Below, piece by piece: positions 48,050 to 60,150 of a stretch of DNA of 64,000 nt. Position 1 is the first letter of the stretch, and every line of letters begins with the position of its first letter. The notes below the pieces were generated by a model. The model was given only the letters and a program-made list of their open reading frames with translations, searched no databases and had not been told where the DNA came from. This DNA is from Neoechinorhynchus agilis. Taxonomy: Eukaryota > Animalia > Acanthocephala. Made by a program: the position numbers and the translations under genes. The stretch lies in NCBI GenBank assembly GCA_051530055.1, contig CM121343.1:1334389-1398388 (forward strand), in the 5' to 3' direction.

Positions 48050-49660
48050 GGAATGTCAATGGACATTGAGGAACAGGTGAAACAGGTTGGTCCGTGTGAA
48101 TGTGAGACGGGCGTCTTAATTGACCACGCCGTAGATGAAAAGCTAGAGGATGTTAAGGTTAGTAAGATTAGTTATTCCACAAGCTCCCGGGGTATAATAA
48201 AGGAAGAAAGGGAGAGTGACCTGCGGTTTTCCAAGCTAAGATATCAGGTGCCCATTTATTTAAGATAGAAGGAATATACAGAAATAATGAATTTACCAAA
48301 GGTGAAGATTTTTGCCCTAGACTCCCTCGTGTTAAAGATTTTGGAATAAGAATAAAAAGAGAAAATCTTCAAAGTTATATTTTCAATGATTTGGTTAAGA
48401 CATATTACGGGGAAGCTATCGAACCAAAAGATTATTCAGGAACAAGAAATTATCAAATCAAAAAACGGCTAGCTCCAAGTGGGCAATTATGGTATTGTTC
48501 TTTGGGTTGAAGGGTTTGAGCTCATTAAGGTTATTGTTAACAAAAAAAGGGAATCGACTTTTTGATATATCGAGAAAATCTTTATTAATGCTAAATCCGC
48601 CACCTAATTTAAATAATCAAGAAATGATAGAGATAAAGAAGGTATTTGGGGTGGAACCGATTAAATATTTAAGGAGAGATAACAGGGAGGAACCTTATGC
48701 GATTTTGGTTTCAGGAATTTAAGACATTGTGCATAAACTAAGTGGTGAAGAATTTGGTTTCCATGCATATTGGATAAAATTCTCTGACATTCAAAAATAT
48801 TCTATTTATGACTTTATTCTAACCCAATATCAGAAATTTTGTAGGTGGGGACACAGATCCTGGGAATGCAGAGGAGATACGAAATGCATGATCTGTTCTG
48901 GAGCTCATATGCAAAATGAATGTGAATTTAGAACGAATATCTGTTGTCCAAATTGTGGAGTTAATCATGAAGGTTTTCGACGGATATGCTCGGCTGCAAA
49001 AAGATACTGGAATTTGGCACAAGTTTCTTCAACCCAAGATAATGTCTGGTTAAAAAATAAAGAATCTGATTGACCACAGACTACTTTACATGGAGACAAA
49101 AATTCTGAGTTTTCAATTCTTTCAAAAAAAGTAGGGGAACTTGAGAATCAAATGATATTTATTGTTGAGGAAATTAAATAAAAAGGATGCAACAATTGAA
49201 AAATTAAAATTGGAAAATGAATGTTTGATTCGAAATGGGAGAAAAAGAGTTTCAGATTTAGTTAGTTTGGATAGTGGTTCTGAAACAGAAGTGCAAATAA
49301 CAACAAATTTACAGACAGAATTCAATAAAAAACTGTTTCTTAATGATAAATTAGAAAGAAGTAAAAATCTGGTTGTTTTCAATAAGAACAATAATGGTAG
49401 GTCCAGAAGAGGGAGACCTTCTAAACCCTAACATGAACCGAAAAGATATTATCTCCTATAAATTATCTAAAGCGTTGAAATTATCACATTTTATATTAGA
49501 AGTTATAAATTGGGACTTAGTAAAAATATTATGTATACAGGAAGCAGGAAATGAGATCTTAGTTCAAAGAGGCGAATTCATGGAGTTTATTCTAGGACCC
49601 AAGGGAGGAGGTGAAATTAATCCAACTATAGAGTTTACCACAAAGAAATGGTGCGATATA
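48050..49660 (+). mobile_element. LINE ORF1 (three Zn knuckles) plus start of AP endonuclease, degraded
   Basis: CRWGHRSWEC, CMICSGAHMQNEC, CPNCGVNHEGFRRIC, then KILCIQE. Confidence 0.8.
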
Positions 49661-49739
49661 AAAATCAGGTGCTCCCAAGGATTTGTATGATTGTATAAGT
49701 GCTAATGAGCCAAGGCCTTGTTCGAATATGAAACATTTG

Positions 49740-50236
49740 CGGATTCGCTTTAAGATATTCTGAGGTAGCATTTTGTGAATAAAATAAAAGACGTGTTTTG
49801 GCTACGAGGGGAAGATTGGTAAGAATGTGGGGGTAAAGAAGACCTGTGCAGCGGGAATCTTTGGGCACATGTACTCTGAGGACGCCCATTTTCGTCAACG
49901 AATAAATACCGTTGCAAACCGAACAGCATGAGGTGGGAACGTATGGAGCCTGCTGCTGGGAATCCAGAGGTGCGTTCAACTCGATATTGCCGTCCTGGGC
50001 TAGTCGGTCGATGTGAATAACGAGATACTCGACGTCCAAAGGTTTGCTTATGATTGCCTGTTGTTCAAAAGAAGACTTGGTTTTCCGGAACCTGGGCAAC
50101 GAGAGTTACGTTTGCCATGCGAACGTACGAGTCCGCTCGATAAAGGTTCGAAAGTCCTTTGGCAGGTTCCACATTGAGCCTTTGCAATTTGGAGATCGCA
50201 GAGGCGGAAATGCTCACCTGCTTGCCGGCAGGCGGA
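49740..50236 (-). mobile_element. CRE-like retrotransposon N-terminal Zn-finger fragment
   Basis: CSVCNGIYSLTKMGVLRVHVPKDSRCTG resembles the CxxC..LTKxGxLxxHG....CxGS finger of CRE-like elements. Confidence 0.5.
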
Positions 50237-52040
50237 GTGTCGTTTGGGAAAAAGCGCAATTCCTAGGTTTATGCTACGCTTACATGGGATCCTTCGATTT
50301 ACATGGAACTCTGTTTTAAAATGTAAACTGATTGCTATTAAATAAAAACTCTCTCTGAGTATACAAATTCTGACGTTTTACAATTTTTCTAAAACGCAAA
50401 CACAATAACGTTCAAGCAAAATAAAACATTCTCACAAAACAAAAACTTTTCTTGGTTTTACAATTGTTTCATTCTTGCTGAAAAATCAGTCGGTAATTTT
50501 AGCATTTCAAAATATTACCGCAGTTCCAAGGAAAAATTGATTTCCTTTTTACTTGAACCTGAATATCTCCTCAGCTTGAAAAGTCGAAATGCTCGAATTC
50601 ATTTCAATCACCCGAAAGAGCACATCGACGCCGTTCCAGAAAAGTGGTAAAGTGAAAATCGCAATCGATTCGACGTTGAGAAAGGAAGCCGTGTAAACAC
50701 GGAAGAAACACGGTTTTCTTTTGAGGCGTCTATCGAATCGTTTTGCTTTCGTCAGTGAATTACCAACGTTTCACACAATAAATCGTATTTCAGACTGAAA
50801 GCGTTGCCTACAATGTATAAGATTATGTATACGATTGACCGGAAAGCAGAAAGTATTTAAAAATAAAAGTTTCTAAAAAGCCGAATTGTTGGACTGAAAT
50901 AAGCCGCTAAATTTTATTTCACTAATGATGTTATGAAGTACTAAAGAACCGCAGTCGCAAAATAAAAATTAAACGTTTTTGCTTACACTTCGCACTGAGA
51001 TACTCATAGAAATTGGCTTTATTTGAGTAACTTTAGTTTGTTCTATACTCGGCGATGGACCGCCTTCCATGCTTTGCACAAATCTGTAATCCATTCGTCA
51101 AATTTATGTCCTTGTTTCATTCTTGCGTTACTGAATCAATATCGGCCAGGAACCTTGTGCGGTTCCTCTGTGTAAAGCTTTGTTTTCGTGTTTCTCAATT
51201 CATCAAAAGAACAATCGTTCGGTTTCCTATTTTTTCCTCGATTTGGCGAAATTTATTAAATTATTTAAAGTAAAAGGGTCAATATTTCGACTCGCTTGTG
51301 AGTCTTCTTCAGGATGTTGTAAATTAATCTAATCGACTAGAATTGACTCCTTTACTTTAAATAATTTAATAAATTTCGCCAAATCGGGGAAAAACATGTA
51401 TCCTTCGATTTTCAGGGCATAGATCTTTGCTTTTTTCCTATCCTGTGACCTTACCCCTCAGTAGTCGAGATGGTTGACTAATTGCGCATCGTGATCATTT
51501 CACGTCTCATTTTTCGGATCGAAGAAGCGAGAAACCTGAATATCGCTACCCTTGTTTTTCTGATTCTCTTCCATTAATTTTACTTGTCCCTTTCCGCTTT
51601 ATCATCATCTCCATTAATTCTTGATGTTTCTCCATGAGAAATTGTAACATCATTGAAGAGACACCTTCGTGGATTTCGTCGCCGTAAGTTGTACCTTCTG
51701 ATGGTTGAATGTTAACACTTTTATTCTTCGAATAACAAACCCCACCATTAATCACAACTAACTCACACGAACAATCGCATCAATGTTAATACTTCACTGA
51801 GCGCCACCGTTCACGGCTACTTAACTACAGCAGGGAGCTCTAAATAGAACCAACCTCAGTTTCTTCGGGATTTCTAGGCAGAGAGGAATTTGAGATCTGA
51901 ACCTGGAGGCAACACTTATGTCTTGAATTAGTAAAGTGCACGAGAGCTCTTTGAATTATTCGTCTTTTCTTGTTATTAAAGAAATAAGGATTAAATATTT
52001 TTCTTGTCGATTAGTTATCACTTTTGTTAGTTATTGGAGA
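50237..52040 (-). repeat. Inverted, internally deleted copy of 8520-11410
   Basis: M1 (50237-51060) is joined to the reverse complement of 9125-10060, then to that of 8520-8575. Confidence 0.88.
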
Positions 52041-52629
52041 ACATGTTAAATTTAGACGAAAGTTAAATTGCAAAACGCCTTTTTTATTTAAAAAACTACT
52101 CATTTCCATTGCGGCGCTTCATCACAACGGACGAGGGATGCTTTCATTCGTCCTCGGTACGAAGCTCGTTTCATAGCTAAAAATATATTTTAAATCTCTT
52201 TTTTTAGCAGTCAGAAACTTGTATTATTAATTAGGCAGACGAGAAAAAATTATCCTTCTAGTTGCTATTTTTCCTCCGCATAATCATTAAATCGCATGCT
52301 GTTTCGTCAATCAACTTTGCAGTTTTTTACCGAGTCCACAACAACAACTCCTTTCTTCATGCTTTTCCCTTCTCGGAGTCGCACAAAAGCTTGCAGTCCT
52401 AAGACTTCACACAGCCCTTCGCCCCGTTTCTCCCAAACGTCGGTCCTGGGCCACAAAATCTTTCCATCGTTTTCCCGGCCTTCCGCGCCTCCAGGTCCCT
52501 TCGATTTCCATTTCCTCAACTTTTCGAATAAATCGATTCGGCTCTTCACCCTTCACCTTATCGCTCTATTTGATCCTCCGTTTCGCGATAGCTTCCTTCA
52601 CGTCCTCCACCTTCGCTGAGCCCCAGACC

Positions 52630-53690
52630 GCATTATTTGGGATCATCTCTTGCCTGGTAACCCCACACATCCACTTCATCATGTTCAATTCGGCTCCCTG
52701 CATTCGCTTGATGTGATTGGCAGTGGTGTTCAATGTTAGTGACTACAAACAAATAAGTGCTCAAAACTGAACCTTGATGCAATCGTACGTTCACCGAGAA
52801 GCTATTCGTATCACCAACTGGCGTGATTATATTCACTTTGCTCTACCTGTACATGTTATGAATCGCTGTGATATAAGTCTCGGGCAGAGTTTTCTTCTAA
52901 GACAGTTCCATACCAGTTTTCTAGGAACAGTGTCATAGGCTTTTTCGAGGTCGATGAACACGCTGCGTATATCTCTTGGCTTTTCATGACATTTTTCATA
53001 TAACTGACGTAACGCAAATACAGCTTCGGCAATACTTCTACCGGGCATAAATCCTCTCTACTCCTCTGATATTGACATTTCGCCCCGCAGGCGTTAATCG
53101 ATTATCTTTTCGTATAGCTCCATCGTGGAGCTCAACAATTTGATTCATCGATAGCTTGAACAATCTCTAATATTTCCTCTCTGTTTATATATCAGTACCA
53201 GTGTGATCTGCATCCATTCGTCTGGCATCTTTTCAGTGGTAAATATTCGCTGGAAGAGATTTGTTAATAGTGGAACAGCATCAACTTCAAGCACTTTCCA
53301 GACTTCTATGGGTATTTCGCCTGGGTCCGTCGCTTTCCCGTTTTCATCTTGGAAAGTGCTGTTTCAATTTGACCTCGAATATTACGTCGACTAATCCTTC
53401 GTTAGGTTCCTGCTCTTCCACATTTTCTGCTCCATTCTTACTATACAGCAGTTGATCAAAGTATTCTCTCTAGCTTTCTTTAACTTCTTTTTCTTCTCTC
53501 AAAATGTTCCCATCCTTGTCCTTAATTTGCTTTACCGTCGTAATGTCCTTCATTCCCTAATCTTTAATCTTCGCCACTTTAAACACGTATGACATTGTTT
53601 TGTCTTCTTGTAGCTTTGAATAGAAGATCGAATTTGCCTCTTGCTTCCCTATCGCCACAGCATTCTTGGCTCTTTTTCTCGCCTTCACCC
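52630..53690 (-). mobile_element. RTE-clade LINE RT, degraded
   Basis: GKATDPGEIPIEVWK, FMPGRSIAEAVFALRQL, FIDLEKAYDTVPR, RLHQGSVLSTYLF. Confidence 0.9.
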
Positions 53691-55145
53691 CGCACCTCCC
53701 TATACCTACGCTCCTTTTTCCATGCTACCCAATCTTCTCGGATATCATAACTTGAAATGAACTTGAGGAAATACCAACCTTACAAGCGCCCCCGCAAACA
53801 ATAACCACCAATTCCCATCAGAACGGACCTTCCAACCCAACCGGATATTCTCAAACGAACGGACATAGTCTCACCCGAAAGGACATTCCCCGGCTGGATA
53901 TTCCCATCCTAACGGATACACTTTTTGAACAATTCTGAACTCGCGTGCTTATGAGGACCTAAAGGTGCATGGGTCCTATTCTGTATTTTTTTACCAATAA
54001 ACGTACTATCATTAATCTCTTGCTATCTATAAAAGAAGTATCATTATTAAATCTTTTCTACAGAGAGAAAATTCTTTCAAAATGATATAAACTACCTCGG
54101 TAATTGATTCAATTTGTTATTTAGGTCTTCACCAGATAGAGAATATTTTATTACGGACGTTACGTACCTCTTCGGTTTCATCATCAGTTCCACAAACAAG
54201 GGGTACATTGGTTGTTCTTGTTAAATGCAACATTCGACGCTGCTGCCCATCTCTGCATCTTGGTCCGCGTGTGTTCAGCCAATTTCGTCTTAAAATTCCG
54301 GCTTGTCTGACCGATTTATTTGTGCCCTCTTTTCTGTCTCCTTGTATTTTCGGGAAATGAGATTTTCTATCCTCATGAAGGGTCGAAAGTAAAATTCGCA
54401 TTTTATTTTCATACCGCTGCTAGTGATTGTCTTCGAGATTTTGGGTCGATAAATGTTGGTCTGTGAACAACTTTCCGTCAATCCAATTCGCATTTCTGTT
54501 CGATTCGGAATCACAGTCGTTTCGCTTCGACTGGTTTATCTCCCTTGGCCTTTCTTGGATATCCCAACTTGCGAAAAATTCGCTCCTACCGCTAGAGCTC
54601 GTATCTAATGCATTTCACACTGCAGAGGCTGAAGGTTGGACGCACAATGCCATTGAAGATGCCCTTTTTTGTTTTTGTTATGGGCACTAAACCAAAGTGA
54701 ATAATTGTTCATTTCCGTGGACTTTTTATAAACTGAAGTGATCATTCGCGTACCCAGAAATGGTAATCTCCTATTGCGAGCGAGGGAGCAATTTAAATCT
54801 AGCAAACAAAGGAATATTTTGGTTGGAAAGGATGTATTAAGTTCCTTTTATCGAAGGCCAACAAATGTTCGCTTGGACGCTCCAGATTGGAGAAGTTCTA
54901 GAATGGATTTTATGAAATTTATTTTGGAGAAGAAGACTTCTAAAAGGAGCGTTCCGTTGAACGAAGGAAATGAAAGCGCTACGAAATAGATTTTCGATTT
55001 TGTTTTAATTGTTAGTCAGGAAATTATACTATATTCTAGTGTTTGTTTGTGACAATTGGACAAAGGAATGCGAACACTTCCATGATTTTATGGACGCTTA
55101 GTAAAAGCGGTCGTTTTAGGCTTTTCCAGAAATCTTTACAATTTC

Positions 55146-55345
55146 GGATTCGCGGTGGCTCAAGTGGTTGCGCACTTGGCTATCACTCGTACGACCAGGG
55201 TTCGATCTCCGTAATCGTTACCCAGTTGACCAAGGTGAGAATTGGTACAGGGAATCCCCTTTGGGCTAAAGGCGGTCGAGTGCAGAGCTAACCGCACTGC
55301 CTCATTCAATGACCGAGGTTAATAAGAAACAGAGGGGCGTGACGG
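55146..55345 (+). mobile_element. tRNA-derived SINE
   Basis: Pol III A box TGGCTCAAGTGG (55156-55167) and B box GGTTCGATCTCC (55199-55210). There is no proper acceptor stem. The body ggtacaggg..gggctaaaggcgg..agctaaccgcac..ccgaggttaa resembles invertebrate CORE-type SINE bodies (recalled, not searched). Confidence 0.75.
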
Positions 55346-56060
55346 AATTCGTGATTCGTACATTAGATGATAAAGATATCAGAATGGTTAATAAATACAT
55401 CAATTTACGAATTTATTTTGCTGAACAGCAGATAGCTATGAATGGCACGAGGAAACTCGATCAACTGAGACTTCAGACATTCGAACATCATGGGTATTTC
55501 GTAAATAGATCCAAGCACAGTTTCTCCCCAAGTGAAATGCAATTGTTGAGCAAAAGTCCTGACTACATTATGAAGAATATACGATGTTTGTCGATAGGTG
55601 AGATAAATGAAATTAAGATTTTATTGGATATTTTGATCCACTATCTCGGATCTTCTTCAGCGATTGTTTGTTAGTAATAGGCTGAAGAAGATCCGAGATA
55701 GTGGATCGAAATATCCAATAAAATCTTAATTTCATTTATTTTCTCCTATCGACAAATAACAATGAATTATCTTTTCAACAATATACGATGTATCAATATT
55801 AGATGTGATGCAGAGTAAGCTCGGATTCAGAACGATCTTATTAAGAATGGCGAGACAGCAATCACAAGGTCGCTTAAGGAAGTGCAAGCAATATGGCAGG
55901 AACGTAGCATTGAAATTGCTGAACACAGACAAATTCGAGAGGCTGGCAAAAGATCCCACTCGAAACAGAGAGACGGAGTTTAATAGCATCCTTAGGTCTC
56001 TATTGCACCAATCTCTTATAAGTCCACAATTCTATAATGCGACAAGTTTGAAAATTGTGA
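55345..56060 (+). mobile_element. PLE N-terminal ORF fragment interrupted by a palindromic insertion
   Basis: FSPSEMQLLSKSPDYIMKNIR|..|INIRCDAE matches the uninterrupted copy at 33370-33460, followed by KFERLAKDPT...FNSILRSL. Confidence 0.7.
55587..55779. mobile_element. 193-bp fold-back mini-element with two inverted hammerhead-like motifs and an 11-bp TSD
   Basis: TSD aatatacgatg at 55576-55586 and 55780-55790. Arms 55587-55661 and 55681-55756, 19-nt loop. CTGAAGA-A-GATCC-gagatagt-GGATC-GAAA-TATC at 55682-55715. Confidence 0.85.
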
Positions 56061-56329
56061 CGATCGCAGTGACACGAAAATCTCGAGGAACGCGTCCGGT
56101 TTGTTTAGCCTGGATGCTTACCTAGTGATTTGCTGTTTTTACTCTTTTTGATGAAATCTTGAATTTCCCTCAGATTGGGTGGTGCATTCATCCATAGTTG
56201 AACTGGATGCTGAGGAATGAATTCTTAAAATTCCGAGGCTGTGTTCGCGGGTTGATTAAGTTGGGATTCGTAATGCTATGCCCCTCTCTTGAGAATTTCC
56301 TCTTTGGTTATGATCGTATGACCGTCAGC

Positions 56330-58060
56330 AGCCTTGATTCGCCCAGAGGAGTTATTCCTTGGCCCATAGATTGCACGTAAAGGTGCATGAGAGAAAAACG
56401 AAAAGTACCATACGTTTCTCCGGGACAGAACACACCTAAACTGGCAGAAATACAAAGAAGCCAAGCGTAGTACAAAGAAGGCGATTGCTGCCGCAAGAGC
56501 TGCTCAATAAGATAAAATCATTCCCGACCTGGAACATAGAAGCGGACATCGATCACTCTTCGGACTGATGAAATTGAGGCATTGGCAGACGCAAGGCGTT
56601 GAAAAATTTCACTGCGTCAATGATGGAAATGGTAGGATGATATCGTGAAGCAGCAAGAAGAGAAACACGGCGCTGCTATTTTGAGGAAATTTCGACCGAG
56701 AAGTTCCCGTACCTACCAATTGAGTCGACACCACCAATCGACCTATTTATTCTATACATCGATGCAGTTGAACAAGCCATCAAAACAATGAAGAACGGCA
56801 AATGAACAGGTCCGAACGATATAGCTGCCGAGTTTTGGAACCCAGCCGCGTGACCTGCAGCCTTTTTCAAACTAAAGCGATAGAAGCGGAAATATCTCCG
56901 ATTGAGTTGCAAATTAGCACCACAGAACCAATATGGAAAAGGAGGTGAAATCCAGCCGAATGCAACAATTACCGATCGATCCAACTAATATGAAAATCTA
57001 TGAACGAATTATCGAAGCGCGCATCCGTAATATTATTGGAATCAGCGCCAATCAAACAGGTTTCGTGTGACTTTTTGAGAAATATCGTGAGAGAAACCTA
57101 CCGATCCACGCAGCCTTCCTCGACCTCGAAAAAGCGTTCGACCGTGTACCGCACAAACTCATCTGGCACGCGTTACGTAACCACAGAGTTCCAGAGGGAC
57201 CCGTAAAATGCGTGAAACTGCTATATACAGATCCTAAGAGCAGAGTACGAAGTGCGGTGGAGATATCAAATGCTTTCAAGATCTCGGTTGACGTTCATCA
57301 GGGAAGCGCGATTTCCCCCTTATTATTTATACTTGTCATGGACACAATCAGCCAAGGCATACAGCGCGTCCTACCCCATTCACAATCCTTTATACCGACG
57401 ACGTCTTCCTGTATTCAGAGGATAAAGATGTCCTCGAAAAATTGGTACAGAAATGGCACGATAAACTTTCAAAATACGGATTGCGCCTAAATCTTGGCAA
57501 GTCAATCTAACAACCAAGGCAAACGAAACCGGCACTAATTCGCGAATCTCGTCCGACGGTGAGTTGAAAACATAAATCAATGAACGAATCAATGCAACGT
57601 GGCTAAAGTGAAGGAGGACGGCAACAGGTGTCCCATGTTATCGGAAATTAAAAACCGCATCCAAGTCAGTGATGTACAGAACAGTAGTCCGATCTGTCGC
57701 GCTGTACGGCGCCGGTTACGAAGGCCGCTGGATAAAGATTGACCAGCATGGAATCGAAGATGTTACGCTGGACTAGTGGACACACTCACGCGCCGATCGT
57801 CGATATACTCGGAGAAAGCCGTCTCCGCTGATATGGTCATGTGATGCGCTCGAACGAGGGTGCATTAGCGAGGGCTTGTCTAAAAATCGAGGTTATAGGC
57901 AAACGAGTCCGAGATCGACCAAAACAACGCTGGCTCGATACCATTCGAAGCGATCTTCGCACGACTAAACTCATTCCGGACGAAGCTAGTGATCGAATAA
58001 AATGGCGGACACTATCAAAAGTAGCCGACTCCTCATCCGAACGGGACAAAGGCTGAAGTA
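56330..58060 (+). mobile_element. RTE-clade LINE ORF2 3' part, degraded
   Basis: AIKTMKNGK*TGPNDI, FLDLEKAFDRVPHKLIW, VHQGSAISPLLFILVMD, RPKQRWLDTIRSDL...DRIKWR. Confidence 0.9.
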
Positions 58061-58270
58061 AAATAATTAAGACAGATTTGGAATCTTCGAATTGGAGAAT
58101 CGTCGTCGTTGTATACCACAATATTACCTGGGTCCAATCGTCGAAATTTTTTGAACGTCTCGTGGATAAATTAACCAACATATTAGCATCCAAATTGACA
58201 GATTCTACATTTGAGACGTTCGTGAATAAAGACACCACATCAACGGCATGAACTCTTAGTCCTTTCATAG
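58060..58270 (-). mobile_element. PLE RT fragment
   Basis: AVDVVSLFTNV is the PLE RT motif. Confidence 0.7.
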
Positions 58271-59819
58271 TCTGTCGGTGAATTTACTTGGCAAAAGTAG
58301 TACCATCTTTAATGTTATGTTCATATTCGTCCACGTTTAAGCTAAGCAAGCGATTAATGTCCTTTGCCATCGAGTGGGTAAATTACATGTTGGATGCTTT
58401 TAATCAGATGAAAGTTGAGTTTTGTTTGATGAACCTTTGGAAAGACGTATGAAAAAGTATTTTTGCCGTTTGTTGATCTATTACATAATTTGTCATCCCG
58501 CAATCGTTTTTTTTTCAAGAAGGCGTTAAATTGTCTGTCAGGAGATATAGTTGGATTCCTTTTTTTAGCCATGTGAATTTAGTATTACCAAGTAACAAGA
58601 GAGCGTGGGAAACCAGCATCTTTCCCTTATCCGCTGCGTAAATTCTGTTGTTATCATCGTTATACGGATTTTCCAGAACGAATATTTGAATGCAACGTTC
58701 GATTTGCGATCATGATCGAATACGCACAAAGGAGATCGATGTAAACGCGAAAATCGGAGTCATTTGCTAATAGCTCCATGTTTGGTGACCGAAAGTCAGA
58801 AACTAACCTACGGTACATCGGACAAGGCTTAGCAATTTCAACGAAATCAAGTACCAAAGGCACCCTGTAGGCCGCATGGCAATGCGCAAAGTTTTGTTGG
58901 TTAGTTTTGCCGAATGAAGTCTTGGAGCTGCTCAGCTATGGTTCGGATATTGTTCCGTACAATGCACCGAGGAGAATCGACTATAGGATCAGGTTAGAGA
59001 CGATCGCAATGAGAACGGAATGTGATAATCTAAATATCCCGATAAGGAAACTCGAGTGTTTCTATGAATCTGCCTTCAAGAGGAGTGGAGTGAATTCCAA
59101 TGTATCACAAAGGATGTTAAGAGGGGTCAATATGCTCAAGTCGCTCACGCAGATAGTTCCAGTAAATCGATGTTGCGGTTCTTAACGAAATCAGACGTGC
59201 AGATGAAGAATAACTTTCCGAATTGGGAAACGGATGCAACTTTTTCTGGAAATTAACAACGGAGCCATGCATTTATAACGTGTGACGGGCTATTAAGACC
59301 TTACTAGTCTCGAGGTACAATCTACAACCAATCCATGTGAATGATGGGATAACCTCTATCCGTATCCCTCTCCAGCTTGGGAACAACATCTCCATTATCT
59401 CTGCATACGCTTCAAGAAGGACGAAGTTCGTCGGTCGTACACAGTTCCAAGATCGATGAACAACTTCAGCAAACCCCTCATTCCATTGAAGAACCAACAA
59501 CCCCATGGTACAACATCAAGTCAGCAATCACGACTGCTGCTATGAATGTCCTGGGCTTCGTTGAGAAGAAACATCCAGACTCTTTTGATGCGCACGATGA
59601 CGAGATCTCAGAATTCAGGGCCCGGCTTCGTTGAATGAAAAACAAAATGAGTATCGAAAGCTGAAATCGGTAGCTCTCACTGGTCGAGCCACCAACCGTC
59701 CCATTACAAAATCACAGCGGTAACGTCCTACTTCAAGAGGGCCAGGATGATTTCTTCAGAAAGCAGATATTGGATAGAAGGCAGGTCTCGCTGATTGGCC
59801 TTCCTTTCATTCACTAGAG

Positions 59820-60150
59820 AAATTCTTTTCTTCTACTTTGTTCACATTATCCACCGATTGCTGCACTCTTCCTTGTTGTCCTCTCTTCACCTTCACTTCG
59901 CTTGGGTCAATCTTTTCGACAATTTCGTCTAATTTCCAGTAATGTCCTCAATGCCACCTTCTTTCGTTGTAAGCCAACTTTCATATTTCTTCATGTGGGC
60001 AATTCAGCACTATGACATCACGAATTTGGGTTCTGTCGTGTGTAATTCGTTTGTTAATTCACCATCTTTCTTCACTGTCGGAGCCCCTGTCATATTTGAA
60101 CTGCAATCTCAAACAATTCGACTAATAAGTCAGGTTCTACTTTCGTCGCC
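59820..60150 (-). mobile_element. Ty3/Gypsy gag fragment
   Basis: The minus-strand IRDVIVLNCPHEEI parallels IRDMILFNTPHDEV of the gag at 26375. Confidence 0.5.

Noticed and set aside
55146-55215. Genuine tRNA gene
   Set aside because: A and B boxes are present, but I could not draw a 7-bp acceptor stem or a convincing anticodon arm, and a SINE-like body follows.
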